Made by a program: the position numbers and the translations under genes. This document shows, in pieces, positions 26,746-41,753 of a stretch of 64,000 bases of DNA (positions are counted from its first letter, which is position 1; every line of letters starts with the position of its first letter). A model generated the notes under the pieces. The model was not told the DNA's origin. It saw nothing but the letters and a program-made list of their open reading frames with translations, and did not search any database. The stretch covers positions 140,492,001 to 140,556,000 of the forward strand of contig NC_043000.1 of assembly GCF_006345805.1 (NCBI RefSeq), in the 5' to 3' direction. The DNA comes from Octopus sinensis (Eukaryota).

Positions 26746-29700
26746 ATCATCATTTCACATTCATTTTTCTGTGATAGCAGCAGGTATTGAACATGTCTCA
26801 ATATCTCATCATTTGTGATTCTTTTCCTCAGTAGACTCTGTGCTTCTTTGTTCCAATAACTATCATGGTCTATTTTCATCTCACATACACAATAATGTGT
26901 CATCATATATGGCATAATTTTACAGCCAGATGTTCTTTTTAGCACAAAACACTTAGGTAGAAGAAGGAATATCACTGAGTAAATGTGAACATTGAATTCA
27001 CCCAAACTAATCATCTACATTTCAACAAGGCTAGGGAATTTTGTATCAGTCCCTCCAATGTTTATAACAGGAAATGATTTCTCATTTATACTAGTCCTAC
27101 TAGTACAACACTTACTTTGACAGGCGAGAGATAAAAGTATTAGAAACTGAGGGATTAACTGTTACAAAATACATAAGATTATGGGAAAACCATGAGCTAC
27201 GGACTGAAAAAGTGTTCTCTATCATAACTACTTCCCCTATTTATATGACTGCATTAAGGCTCACAAGAAAGTCTTCAGTCTCAGCCTTCTCACATTTCAC
27301 ATATGATATATGCTAAGACACTACTAATGAAAATGGATTGGCTGCTGTTGAAGTTCCTGAAGTTGGTTATACAGAGCATTTCTGTGTAGTCACTTGCCAT
27401 TGCCAAATGTCCTTCAAGTCACATCCTAGCATCTTCAAAACAGAAGAAGGATGTGTATGAGTGATCTTAGACAAACTGCATCTAAATATCTAAAAATCAA
27501 AGAAAAACAATGATAGTCATCATTGGGATGCCATGTTAACATAGGTCTACTTCACTGGAGGTGACCTATACAGAGCTAAACATCAACGATAACAACAACA
27601 ATAGCTGTATATGTTCCTACAAATCTCAAAATGAGCAGCTGTATAAATTTTTCCGTGAATATTAGGTTAAGTATCAATATACTTTTAGTTTGGTTGTAAG
27701 CACAATTAAAACATCCTCAATGGAGCAGATGAAACTATATACACCTTCCTTCCTTTTATGAAAGCTAAGAAGATAGGTCACAAATTTGTTGCTTTGTTCT
27801 CACATGCACACTTGAAATTACAAGTGGAATTCTACAATACAACCAGCATACAATCTAAGTACAAGAACAATGTGTGCCATGAATGGAAAGCCTTTGCATA
27901 GGCTGAAGAATGCAAATCCATTTAATCATATTATTTTGGAATAGTGTGGGCAACAAAGGTGTATACTTCAGGCTTGCACATTATCACTAGATGATATATG
28001 GCACATACCTTTACCCTGACTGACTGCATTTGATATCTTGATTTATTCAACAGCCTATTTGATTTCATTGTGAACTATGTGACAGGCCAGGCAGCATGTG
28101 GCTACTATAAGGAAGATATTATAATGGAACATAATCTTGTACTCTAAACCGGAGCAAGTTTTTAGCCTGAAAGCAGACAATGAGCTTGCATATCATATGG
28201 TTGGATGTAATGATGCTAAAGATTGCGTATCGCCGTGAAGGAAATTCATTATTAAAAAAATCTGTAAAGATGATATTATGGAAACTGTTCAAAGAGAGTT
28301 TGCAGACCCAAGGCAAACTGCAGAACCAATCCAGTAGACAGATTCATCAAACAGTTCATCAACAACAATGCTCCAGATTGTGGATTGAGTGCAGAGAATG
28401 ATAATGAAAGTCTACCCTGCAGTGGATGCAGACTACACAGTATCAGCTACATTGTTATGTCTGAAAGAAAATTAAGAATAGTATGAATGGATGTTCCTTG
28501 CCTTCATCATCATCATCGTCATTTCATGATCGCTTTCCATGCTGGGTGTGGGTTGGACAGTTTGACAAAATCTGACAGGTTGCAGGACCACATATTGCTC
28601 CAATGTCTCAGTTTTGGCTTGTTTTCTATGGCTGTATACCCATTCAAACACCAACAACTTTATTATATAACTAGTATAAAGAGGAAGCAGGTCAATTGAT
28701 CTGCTAGAAATAACAACCAATACCCCTCAGATTACACTCTCCAGCCTTGAAAAAAAAAACAAGATTTATTTTAACCATAGATTAGCTAGATAGGAATTGG
28801 CAGTGTGCTAAGAAACAACAGCTGCAACAACACACAATAACTGTTTAGATTTAGCTATGAAGTGCTTTTTGATCAAATACTCATATGCTACAATCTGCAA
28901 TGAATTTCGGATGAGAAAAATATGAACTAAGCGGATAATGTTGAAGCTTCTATGTGGTCACTCGATTAGCTTCGAATGGTGGACAAAGCTCCCTCAAGTT
29001 ACCCTACTACTTTATTAGAAATAGGTACTTTTGAAGTTAGCTAAAATACACGATAAACAGAAAGAAGTTTGGTTAGTCATGACGGAAATGCTATTTAACG
29101 ATAGTTCTGCCTGATCAGAACCAACTTGGGATTAAATAACAGCAACGAAACAAAGTTAACAAACGCTTGCTGTAGGGAAGTACACTTAGTGACTTTTTCT
29201 CATAGACAATACCAGGCCACTTACACTTATATAATTCAAAGTACAATAATTTAAGTCCAATACCAGGGATGCCCACTACCTCATACAACTGAAATTCATA
29301 TTTAATTACGATGAGACCTTGAATAATAGAGATATATATTCAAATAGATTAGCTCAAGAAAAGCACCTTATTATTCTGGGTCTCAAGTATAATCGATCCA
29401 TACTTTTTGGTATTATATTGCTCTGAACAAAATATTTAATCATGAATGTGTTTATACAAGAAACTAAATATAAAAAGGAACTAACAAATATCTAATAATT
29501 TTAAACATTCATGTTTGAAACTTTATATAGCAAGTGCTCATTCAACATTGACTAATTTTGCAGTAAAGCTTGAATCTTTATTCAATTATATTGCTCTATA
29601 TATCAAATATTAACATTATTCATTTTAATATTTTATACCTCTGAGATAGATAAAATAAATGCTAAATTACTCCTTTAAATATCAATAGAGTGAAATAGCC

Positions 29701-30104
29701 AAGTGATGAGAGATTCGAGAATATTTGATGTAAAATCAGTGATTCGTGTACTTGAGTATAAATCCAGGTCTTATTTTATCAGATATTTGGCAGCAATAGA
29801 GGTTTTACAAGATAACTTATAAATAGGAGCATATCTTGTGATAAATTTTAAACGTAGGTGTAAGACTTTTGATAAATTTTTAAAATAAGTACTGTCATGG
29901 TTGTGTCGTTAAAAAGTTTACATTCCTATGACAGGGTTTCAGGCTCAGTTTCACTTCATGGTACCTTGAGCAGATGTCTTCTGCTTTTGCCCTGACCAAC
30001 AAAAAGCCTTGTGAGAGGAGCTGGTAGCAAAAAACTTAAATAAGCCCTTCATAATAATAATAATGAAATTATTGTATACAGTGCTCAGGTGCGCCACAAC
30101 TTGT

Positions 30105-30490
30105 CAAAAGTGCATATAAAGCATATGCAGTAATGTACAAATGTCTGTGAAGTGAACAGTGTATGAGTCAGATACATGCTTGGAAGGGAGAAAATCAGGT
30201 GTAGTGCTGGTGAATCTCAGGAAGCATGGAAGTTTTGAAGAATGCAGTGCTCCAACAACTAACAACTGATGCTGGCAGTTTGTTCCATACTTCAGCAACT
30301 CTTAGCGTGAAAAAATGTTTCCGAAAGTCATGGGAGCTGTGCTGTTTTCTGACTTTGTAAACATGTCCACGGGTGTTGGACAGGTGTAGTTTGAAAAGGT
30401 GCTCAGTGTTATTGTTTGTAAGATGGTTAATAATTTTATGGGTGTCTGCCAAGTCAGCTGCCAGACGTTGGAGTTTCAATGTATCCATGC
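30105..30490 (-). mobile_element. CR1-like LINE 3' end
   Basis: LQRLAADL...TRGHVYKVRKQHSSHDFRKHFFTLRVAEVWNKLPASVV...FK, the classic CR1 C-terminal TRGH / R..FFS.RV...WN.LP motifs; (TTA)n tail near 30050-30066. Confidence 0.92.
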
Positions 30491-30559
30491 CCAGGGAAGT
30501 ATGGCATATGTATGTCTCTTCAGTTTTTTAATTATTATAAACATTCCACTGAGGAAGGA

Positions 30560-31040
30560 GCTGGATTCCAACAAAAATACAAGGCTCCACCTTTGGGATG
30601 TAATTAACACAGACAATTTCACATTTGGAACTTGAGAAAAGTCTTGCATTTTTTTACCGTTCCACTCACATATTGCACTTGTAAGGTACGAATTAGCTGG
30701 TAATTTTCTCTTTCTGAAAATCTCAGTTTATCCAGATTCTCCTTTTGGCATTTACTAAAAGAAACTAGTGCTCCAATTATTATTGGTATGAATAGGAATT
30801 CATAGTCTGGATATAGAAGCTGGAGGTTCTGAAGCAGTCGTCTATAGACATCCTCTTCCTTCAGATTTTCAAAGAGATATTTATATCTGCAGGGCAGCTG
30901 ACCTCTATGATAGTACATACCTACGTCCCTGTTACAAACCACAATATCCAGCTTGTTATGTTTACTTTTGACAGACGTTTTGAAGGGAATATTCCCCTAG
31001 TATTCCTTCACCAGTAAGTTATTAAAGAAGACGTAAGTAC
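30560..31040 (-). mobile_element. R4/Dong-type LINE RLE endonuclease fragment
   Basis: With a frameshift: KHNKLDIVVCNRD..CTIIEVSCPADINI...YRRLLQNLQLLYPDYEFLFIPIIIGAL...VSGTVKKCKTFLKFQM* (PD..D / E-x-S-C-P type RLE motifs). Confidence 0.85.
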
Positions 31041-32319
31041 TCTTCTCATTTTACTTGGACTCAGCAACTAAACTAAGATTTAATTTGGTGTGTATGTATA
31101 CACGCATGCATATATGTATGTATATATGTACATACGTATGTAAGTATGTATGTTTGCTGTTTATACACACATGACTTTGTCTTTTTGTATTTTTGTAAAT
31201 TCTCACTATGTATGTATGTGCATATATATGTATGTGAGTGTGTGTGTAATTGAGTATCACTGTCATTCAAGCAATGTTGATCTTTTCCATATTCAGTGAA
31301 AACATATCTGGTCATGAGAAAATACTACATTGCTTGGAAACAGGTGACAATTAGTAACATAAATTATATCCAATCATAATAAGTCTGCCTCAATCAAATT
31401 TGTTTGACCCATGTTGGCAAGTAAAAGTGAACCTTAAAATGATGATAATGATGCTGATGTTGATGATGATGGAATTTTGAAATACAAAACCATGTTATCA
31501 GGAAGAACACTGTTCTAATGAACATGAATAACAATTGATTACAATTCAAAATTTTGACTCTGTCACCAGGCCATTTTTCAAAGTAAAGCAAGTGATTATA
31601 CTTATATAAAGAATAATTAGAACATAAGTGAAATAAGGTGATTTCAACCAAAAATTGAAACTGTATTAGTCTTCTCACAGTGCCCTAACCAATTGTCTTA
31701 CCATTCTACAACATATCTTATCAGGATATCATGACCTGTGTTAATAACTGATAAAATTGTTACAGAAATGTAAGAAAAAAAACAACAGATATCTAGAATG
31801 AAATAAAAATAAAAAAGCAAAAAAGAAGACAAAGTGAAAAAACACGGTGAAAACAAAATGATAAAGAAAACTAAATATATTTAAAACATAAAAAATATAG
31901 AATAAATGAAACAATAAAAAAAAATTAATTTGGAGAAAGGTGTAAAACATCATAAAGATGATAAAATTTAGATCAAGTTTGTTTGCAAAATGCAAAAAGA
32001 ATGTTTGTGATGTAATTCATCTGTGATGTCATAAAGTGAATTTTCTTCTTATTCAGATTGTGTATTTTGGATTATCAGCTTTAGACGGGAATAAGATAAA
32101 CATAAAAGAAAAAAGCAAAAAAAAAGCACATTTACGAATCACGAACCTATTTTCTATTCCAACAAAATATACAATGAACATATATAAATGACACAACAAA
32201 TTCCGCAACCCAACATTTCACTCACTGCCTTTTCAAACTTAAAAATACCGTACATGAAACTTTCTTCATCGATGCTTTTTAATGTTAAAGGTAGTACAAA
32301 GTTGTTTACACATATGCAC

Positions 32320-32633
32320 ATATATATATTTACAATATATATATATATATATAAAAAATATATATATATACATATATAAAAAACATATATATATATACAT
32401 ATACATACATATATACATATATACATACATATATACATATACATATATACATACATACATATATATATATACATATATACATACATAAATATATATATAT
32501 TATATATATACATATATACATACATAAATATATATATACATATATACATACATAAATATATATATACATATATACATACATATATATATATATATATATA
32601 TCTGTCTTTCCATCATATATATATGTGTTTATG

Positions 32634-32697
<64 letters not shown>

Positions 32698-32700
32698 TAT
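32320..32700. repeat. Compound (TA)n/(TACA)n/(TG)n microsatellite
   Basis: Low-complexity run read directly from the sequence. Confidence 0.95.
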
Positions 32701-33058
32701 CTGCCATCACTCCTTATTTCTCTTAGTTTTTCTCTCTCGTTCTTGTTTTCTTCCAAACACTTTTTGGATTTCCTCATTATTTTTCATTTTCTTCTTCTGA
32801 ATTTTCTATTTTCTTCTATTTCTTTGTCTATAGTTTTCCCTCAATTTTTTTTTAAATTCTTATTTCTCATTTTCTATTTCTTATTTTTTTTTTTGTCATT
32901 CTTCTAATGTTATCATTTCCATACTTGCATTTGTTTTTGTCCTTTATTTTCCTCTCTCCGTTTTCTTTACCCCAGTTCTTTACATTTCTCCCTATTTGTA
33001 TCTCTCTAATTCTAATTCTCGACATTTTCATTCAACATCTGACTTGATTTTTACCTCA

Positions 33059-33109
<51 letters not shown>

Positions 33110-33289
33110 CTTTCCCATTGCTAAGTAACAAATAAGTGAGGAACTAAATACAGCTTAAGAAGAAAATAATCGAAACCAATATATGCGAAGACAGAACTCT
33201 TTACAAGACAAACTGATGTGACATCAATATATGGCTTCCAACAGAATCTATAACTGTCCTGCAAATATATATATACACACACACACACA

Positions 33290-33359
33290 TATGTATATGT
33301 ATATATATTTGTATTATATATATATAAGTATATATATATATATATATAAGTATATATGT

Positions 33360-33402
<43 letters not shown>

Positions 33403-33615
33403 TATATATGTATACATATATATATATATATATATCATCATCATCATCATCGTCGTTTAACGTCCGTTCTCCATGCTAGCATGGGTTGGACGGTTCGACC
33501 GGGGTTCTGGGAGCCAGAAGGCTGCACCAGGCTCCAGTCTAATTTGGCAATGTTTCTACAGCTGGATGCCCTTCCTAACGCCAACCACTCCGTATTATAT
33601 ATAAGTATATATGTA

Positions 33616-33672
<57 letters not shown>

Positions 33673-33908
33673 TATATATGTATACATATATATATATATC
33701 ATCATCATCATCATCATCATCATTTAACGTCCGCTTTCCATGCTAGCATGGGTTGGACGGTTCAACTGGGGTCTGGGGAGCCCGAAAGCTGCACCAGTCC
33801 AGTCAGATCTGGCAGTGTTTCTACAGCTGGATGCCCTTCCTAACGCCAACCACTGCGAGAGTGTAATATATATATATATATATATATATAGTATATAAGT
33901 ATATATGT

Positions 33909-33945
<37 letters not shown>

Positions 33946-34108
33946 TATATATGTATACATATATATATATATATTAATATATATATATATATATATATAT
34001 AAATTATATATATACATATATATATATATATATAATATATATATTATATATAAGTATATATGTATACATTATATATATATATATATATATATATATAAGT
34101 ATATATGT

Positions 34109-34139
<31 letters not shown>

Positions 34140-34251
34140 AGTATATATGTATACATATATATATATATATAATATATATTATATAAGTATATATGTATAC
34201 ATATATATATATAGTATATAATATATATATATATATAATTAATATATGTAT

Positions 34252-34286
<35 letters not shown>

Positions 34287-34723
34287 AGTATATATATACA
34301 TATATATATATATATAAGTATATATGTATACATATATATATATATATATATTATATATATAAGTATATATGTTACATATATATATATATATATATAGTAT
34401 ATATGTATAATACATATATATATATATATATAAGTATATATGTATACATATATATATATATATATTATATAAGTATATATGTATACACACATATATATAT
34501 ATATATATATAAGTATATATGTATACATATATATATATATATATATAGATATAAGTATATATATATATTATGTATGTATATATGTAGTATATAATATATA
34601 TATATGTATGTATGATATATATGTATGTATATATATATGTATGTATATATATATATATATATGTATGTATATATATATGTATGTATATATATATATATAT
34701 GTATGTTATATATGTATGTATGT

Positions 34724-34755
<32 letters not shown>

Positions 34756-34905
34756 GTATATATATGTATGTATATATAATATGTATATATATACATATAT
34801 ACATACATATATGTGTGTGTATGTATCTGTATGCAAAATATATATATATATATATAATATATATATATATAATATATATGTATATTTATATTTGCACATA
34901 TGTAT
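33290..34905. repeat. ~1.6-kb TA-rich satellite (unit ~TATAAGTATATATGTATACATATATA(TA)n, then TATG-rich), containing two family D tails
   Basis: Recurrent AAGTATATATGTATACAT anchor; D tails at 33435-33592 and 33699-33865. Confidence 0.95.
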
Positions 34906-35869
34906 GTATGCATGCATACAAAGATATACATGCACTACTTTTTTGATAGAATTGTTCATTGATACCAATTTGACACCTATTTCTACGTTTGTTTATTCTC
35001 ATTCAGCCTTGTAAAGCCAACAAATTGTGCAACAATTCCCAGTTATTTCTTTGTTCAGCCACTAAAATAAATCGTTCACGTTTCTAAATATCTCCAGCTT
35101 AAGTTTAACAATGATGATAACAATTCTGTTAAGTGGCCGGTAGATCATGACCTGATAATCTGATGCGGTTAATTTGTTGCAGAGAATGGAAATACTACAA
35201 GGACAATGGTGCTGGACCACCACTTCAGGGAATGCTAACCTACATCAAAGGTTGAAACAAATTATCTTTGAGGGTCTCTCACTTTTTACCTAACACTTGT
35301 ATATAGACAGACATACACACACACACACACACATATGCATATATAAACATAACACAGACACACTCACACATCTGTTTTACTGGTTCCAGCCTACTGGCTT
35401 TTGCCATGCTGGGTTACTGCCATTAATGTTAGTTTCTTCATTCACTATGTTGTCTCTCTGTGTGATTGTTTTCGGATGAAAAAGGGATTAGATATTGCTG
35501 CCCTTGTAGTTCTTAACATGAAGTAGAGTAGTAGATTTTCAGTTTTCGATCTCTGATCAGAAAATGTTTATTCATATCGATTTTGAAGTTACACGTGATT
35601 CTAACTCAGAAATCACGATCCATCTTGATCATGTATATTACAATATTGGCAGATAGCAGAATGCTCAAAATTCCCAACATTGAACTCTATGCTGTTTTAT
35701 TCAAACCATTTGAACACAACCTTTAAGGTTCACTGTTGATTTTCAATATAATCAGTGTTTTTGATTACATGTGATATTTTACATATAATAGAATAGAGTG
35801 GGTTATCGTTGAGATTGAGAGGGTGTGCAGAGAAAGAAAGATAGGAAGGTAGATAGAGCATGGTATAAG

Positions 35870-36272
35870 AGGCAAGCTGGCAGAAACGTTAGCATGCTGG
35901 GTGAAATTCTTAGCGGTATTTCGTCTGCCATTACATTCTGAGTTCAAATTCTGCCGAGGTCGACTTTGCCTTTCATCCTTTCGGGGTCGATTAAATAAGT
36001 ACCAGTTATGCACTGGGGTCGATATAATCGACTTAATCCGTTTGTCTGTCCTTATTTGTCCTCTCTGTGTTTAGCCCCTTGTGAGTAGTAAAGAAATACA
36101 TATTTCGTCTGCCATTACGTTCTGAGTTCAAATTCCGCCGAGGTCCACTTTGCCTTTCATCCTTTTGGGGTCGATTAAATTAAGTACCAGTTATGCACTG
36201 GGGTCGATATAATCGACTTAATCTGTTTGTCGGTCCTTGTTTGTCCTCTCTGTGTGGGTAGTAAAGAAATAG
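35870..36272 (+). mobile_element. Family B SINE with tandem duplicated body (dimer)
   Basis: Full copy to ~36098, then a headless second unit from ATTTCGTCTGCCATTAC. GGTATAAG occurs at both outer ends (possible TSD). Confidence 0.9.
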
Positions 36273-36369
36273 GTATAAGTGGAGAGAGCGTGATTTTGAA
36301 ACAGATTAAAAACCTATGAAAATTAACCACATTCATAATTATCAATATTATGTAAGTCTGCTTGTAAGG

Positions 36370-36590
36370 TGGAAAGCTGGCAGGATCCCCTGCAAGCTGG
36401 GCAAAATGCTTAGCACCAGTCAATCCGTATTTGTGCTCTGAGCTCAAATTCTGCAAAGGTCTACTTTCACTTTCACCTTTTGGGATCAATAAAATAAGTA
36501 CCAGTGGAACACTGGTGTCAGTGGAATCAACTTAGCCCTTTCCTTGTAATTGTTGGCCTTGTACCAAAATTGGAAACCAATATTATGTAA
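36370..36590 (+). mobile_element. Short family B SINE (diverged)
   Basis: Head, core and TTGTACCAAAATTGGAAACCAATATTAT tail. Confidence 0.75.
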
Positions 36591-37025
36591 ATTTGTAAAT
36601 GTATTTCAATGAATTCATTGAGTGTAAGTGTGCATATATTTCCGTACATGTATGTGTCTATACCCCTGTATTTGCATGTACTTTTGCATACATCTATATG
36701 TCCAAGTTTTGTGCATGTGTATGTACAGTGCATCTTTTCTTGTTTAGGTTTTTGTGTATTTATATGTATGTATTGAGAAAGACTGTTTTCTTGTCTAAGA
36801 CTTGTATACATACACTTGTGTAGTCTGCATGTCTGTTAGCACATACATGTGACTTCTGGGAGTTGATTTAATTTTCTTTGTCATTCAAACTGAACATTTT
36901 GTGTTATATGTCGCTATGTAGAAATTTAATTCTCAACTGCATAATTGTCAATTTACAACCATGAGTAAGCTATAGTGGGATCAAGTGAACATCCCTAAAA
37001 TTGATCAATCAGCTTAAACAACATC

Positions 37026-37442
37026 TAGGCGTAGGAGTGGCTGTGTGGTAGGTAGCTTGCTTACCAACCACATGGTTCCGGGTTCAGTCCCACCATGTGG
37101 CACCTTGGGCAAGTGTCTTCCACTATAGCCTCGGGCTGACCAAAGCCTTGTGAGTGGATTTGGTAGACAGAAACTGAAAGAAGCCTGTCGTATATATGTA
37201 TATACATATATATATATATAGTTGTATGTGTGTGTATATGTTTGTGTGTGTGTGTTTGTCCCACCAACATCGCTTGACAACTGATGCTGTTTACGTCCCT
37301 GTAACTTAGCAGTTCGGCAAGAGAGACCGATAGAATAAGTACTAGGCTTACAAAGAATAAGTCCCGGGGCTGATTTGCTCAACTAAAGGCGGTGCTCCAG
37401 CATGGCCCCAGTCAAATGACTGAAATAAGTAAAAGAGTAAAG
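37026..37442 (+). mobile_element. Family A SINE
   Basis: AGGCGTAGGAGTGGCTGTGTGG...AAGTAAAAGAGTAAA. Confidence 0.92.
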
Positions 37443-38277
37443 TTTTCTTGAGATCCACACACTTTTTCCCTAGTGAGGCAGTTTAGCACCTAAAATGTTG
37501 CAAAGTGATGCTGACATTCAAGCAGGACAGATCTTCATACTCATACATCAAACTAACAAAAACAACCTGAACAATTTGTGGCAGACTTGTATTTTTGTTG
37601 TTCTTCTTCCAGATAGCAAATAACCAAGCAAATCAGTTCTTACGAACTAAACTCGTAACCAGTGAGAATATAATTTATATATGTGAATATGCATAACCTT
37701 CTCTGAATAAAATCTGTTGTTAAACATTTACAAGTTTGCTTTTGTTGTAATATACAAAGCCAGCCTGAGCTAAAGATATAACATCAATCTCTCTCACAAC
37801 AAACCCTACCTTGAATAAAGGTGACTCAATGAAGGAAGACCTACAACAACCACTTTGTGACAGGTAAAACGATGAACATAATTTTTCTATTCTGAGGCCC
37901 CAAGATGGCAAATTCCCTTAAGTTTTTTTTTTGTGTGTGTGTTTGTGTGTGTTTTCTTTCATGCACTAATGCTCATGTCTAAAAGTACATAGTTAAACAC
38001 ATTTTATTTCGATATGTGAAGTTCCGTCAAAAAGGCATGGACCATGCATGCAGAAAACAGAATTTAACTTTTAGCATTATATAGACTCCACTGATGATAT
38101 CCATAGGGCTCAGATAATTTTCTCCAACTTATACATCTTTCAGACAAGATATTTTATTCAAAAGCTGTCAATTTCATAAAGTTAAACAAATGTCTTGTAA
38201 CAAAGATAAATGTTTCACCATCTTGCAGTTAAAAATATGTCTTCTCTGTACAAAACAAACTGAAATTGGTGAAATAA

Positions 38278-38755
38278 ATCATCATCATCGTCGTCATCGT
38301 CATCATCGTTTAATGTCCACTTTCCATGCTGGTATGTGTCAGACAGTTTGATTGAGAACTGGCAAACCAGACGGCCACACCAGGCTCCAATCTGATCTGG
38401 CAAGGTTTCTACAGCTGGATGCCCTTCCTAACACCAACCACTTCAAGAGTGTAGTGGTTGCTTTATACGTGCCACCAGCACGGGGTCCAGTCTGATGGCA
38501 CTAGTACTGACCATGCTTGAATGGTGATTTTTACGCACCACTGGCATGGGAGCCAGTCAGGTGACACTGGCAATGATCGCGCTCAAAAGGTACTTCTTAC
38601 ATGCCACTAGCATTGGCATCAGCTACGTTTGAATGGTGCATTTTACCTGCAACCAGCACAGGTGCCAGTCAGGTAGAACTGGCATTGAACATGACTATGA
38701 TTGTCACCTAACTGGCACCCATGCTAGTGGCATGTAAAAAGCACCATTCAAGCAC
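38278..38755 (-). mobile_element. Family D repeat with extended subrepeat region
   Basis: (CAT)n start on the plus strand, conserved tail, then several GCCACCAGCAC/GCCAGTC subunits. Confidence 0.8.
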
Positions 38756-39769
38756 AGATTATGAAATCTGCAATAATGTGATGCATCGTAAAGTAGAACT
38801 GTATTAATCAACTTTTCTAGGCTTAAATATCTTGTTGACACATTCCTTAAAATTTCTATGTACTCAATATCTCAACAGCAAAAAAGGTTGTTCTGTTTTC
38901 TTCTTTATAAAAGTATATATAATATATATATATATACACACGCACACACATGTGCCTTTATAAACATCTTGCATAATGAATACTGTAATTATGTTACTGG
39001 GTGAATATTAAATGATAAAAATTACAAGAACATCAAAGATACGAAGGCACTTGGATAGTGAGTTACAACTATAGTTAAAATTCAAGTGAAAGGAATTATA
39101 TTTTTCATTTATATTGTAAATCTAATAAATAATTTGAAAGGTCATATAATAAAGTCAATGGATGGTGAAAGGACATGGTTGGTGAAATGACAAAACCAAA
39201 TAACAAAGGGTAAGAAAAAAAATATATATAAATTGACTAATAAATATATTAAATAGTTAGTATAAGGATATAAAATATAGGTAAATGAAATTGTAAATAA
39301 AGGTCAGTGATCAGTCGGTCAAGTGTGACGCTAAAAATGCCACGGTATCAAATTTTCTCAAATAAACAAGTTAAACTGAAGCCTAGAAATGGTCGATTTT
39401 ATATATTTAATATTTCATATTAGCGTTCCAATTACACTGTGTATGAATATATATTAATATGTTTTTGTGTGTGTGTTTATGTTTCTCTACATGTTTGTGT
39501 GTTTGAGTATTTGCATATTTATATATGTATGTTTGTATGTAAATGTATAATGTTTATAAATGTAGGTTGTAATAAGCAAAGGAGGGGAACAGAATAAAAA
39601 GAAAAGACTAATGTAAAAGCCTAAGCAAAGTGAAATATCAGTTGATTTCTTCCCCCACCAAAAAAATCCAAGTTCTGAATACACTTAAGATAAATGTGCA
39701 GATATATATTACAGAGTGTATCTGTAGTAAATTTAAGTACCAATATGCTTTGTGCTATAGGTACAAGGC

Positions 39770-40595
39770 CTGACATTTTGCAAGAGGGCTGTAGTTGATT
39801 TCATCAACCCTAGAACTTGATTGGTACTTGTTTTATTGACCCTGTAAGGGATGAAAGACAATATGGACCTTGGAGGCATTTTAACTCAGAATGTAAAGTC
39901 AGATGAAATGCTTAGCTGTATCTGGCATGCTAACAATTCGGCCAGTCACCACCTTGAATTTAAGCACCAATATAAATGGTACATGGGATCATTTGTATGT
40001 GTGCGTATGTGTGCGCGTGTGTGTGTGTGTGATATAAGTTATTTGTTATTTCTTTACTGCCAACTAGAGGCTACACACAGAAGGGACAAACAAGGACTGA
40101 CAAACAGATTAAGCCAAATATATCAACCCCAGTGCATAACTGGTACTTCTTTAATCAACCCCGAAAGGATGAAAGGCAAAGTCAACCTCAGCAGAATTTG
40201 AACTCAGAATGTAACGACAGACGAAATACCGCTAAGCATTTTACCTGGTGTGCTAATGTTTCTGCCAGCTCGCCACCTTTATATAAGTTATTTCTTGGTG
40301 TGGAACATTTTAAGTTACATAATACCATAAAAAAAATTCTGTTCTTCTCTAGGTGCAAGGCCAAAAATATTTTAGGGGAGGAGGCTAGTTGGTTAGATCG
40401 GTCCCAGCATGCAACTGGTACTTAATTTATCGACCCCGAAAGGATGAAAGGCAAAGTCGACCTTGGCGGAATTTGAACTCAGAACGTAAAGACAGACGAA
40501 ATACAGCTGAGCATTTCACCCAGTGTGCTAACGTTTCTGCCAGCTCGCCACCTTAAATACCATAAAAAAAAGAGATATTGCAAATAATTTGCAGT
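39770..40595 (-). mobile_element. Three family B SINEs in the same orientation (~39770-39955, ~40060-40280, ~40370-40595)
   Basis: The reverse-complement core occurs three times. Confidence 0.85.
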
Positions 40596-41670
40596 TAGTT
40601 ATAATACATTGAATAAAATGAATTATTATGAAATATAAAGTGCTAGTATGTGATTGCTAGGAAGAAACTAAAGGTACTGATATATCACTGAAAATTATAT
40701 AATCTAAAATATGTGATATAAAGAATACAAAATTATAGCTAGATTCTACCTCAGTGATGGAGTCAATCTATAAAATAGCATTCTAAACTTATAATCACAG
40801 ATGCAATCATACTTTTAATAGTATAGTTGAAAGCCCATCTGGCTGACCATGATATGAATTATTATTTAATATAAATATGTATACAGCAAAAGAATTTGTA
40901 TAAATCTATGAACAGAAATGAATTAATATGCAAAGAACTATTCAGGTAATTTATGTTAAATAAATTAACTTTGCAAATATATTTAAGTGTGAGTAAATTG
41001 AAAAGCATTTGTAAGCAGATAAGTGAGAATATACAAGCAAACAATTATGCCTATACAATAAGATAACAAATGTGTACAAACGTATATAGATTTAACAAAG
41101 CTTATGGAAATGCATCTAAAATATAAATACCTGAATTTGTGTGGTGTGTGTGTGCATATTTATATACAAAGACCTGCAATAAAAATGTACATACAAATGA
41201 TCATACAAACACGTATTTACATATAATTACATATGTACAAACATATATACACATGTGTGGCTGCCTGCATTGCATGTATGTATATACTCAAATGGCACTC
41301 TGTCGGTTATGATGATGAGGGCTACAGTTGATCCCATCAACAGAACAACCTGCTCATGGAATAAATGTGCAAGTGATTGAGCACTCCACAGACACACATA
41401 CCCTTAATATAGTTCTCAAGGATATCCAACATGACACAAAGCAGACTGGAGCATCATGAAAGAGTGTTTTGCTCAAGGACACAATGTGTTTCTAGGAATT
41501 GAACTCACAACCTTACGACTGTGAGCCAATTATTCTAACCATTAGGCCACGTGCCTTCACATATATACAAATAATTTAACACTATTTACAGGTTTACATG
41601 CGTGTATTAACACAAGCACAACTGTATACTCGCATATGACATCAAACACACTCATGCAAAATGCACAAAA

Positions 41671-41718
<48 letters not shown>

Positions 41719-41753
41719 ATGCTTACATATAAAGTATATTTCTTGATTTGATA

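Noticed and set aside
26523-27014. 163-aa minus-strand ORF
   Set aside because: Its C-terminal half is a translated family B SINE; the N-terminal half has no recognisable motif.
32154-35014. Many long ORFs (up to 215 aa) rich in Y/I/M/C
   Set aside because: Translations of (TA)n/(TG)n satellites, which lack stop codons; not genes.
35543-35655. Short protein-like frame FSISDQKMFIHIDFEVTRD...
   Set aside because: The nucleotide sequence resembles MITE-type interior text, and the frame is bounded by stops.
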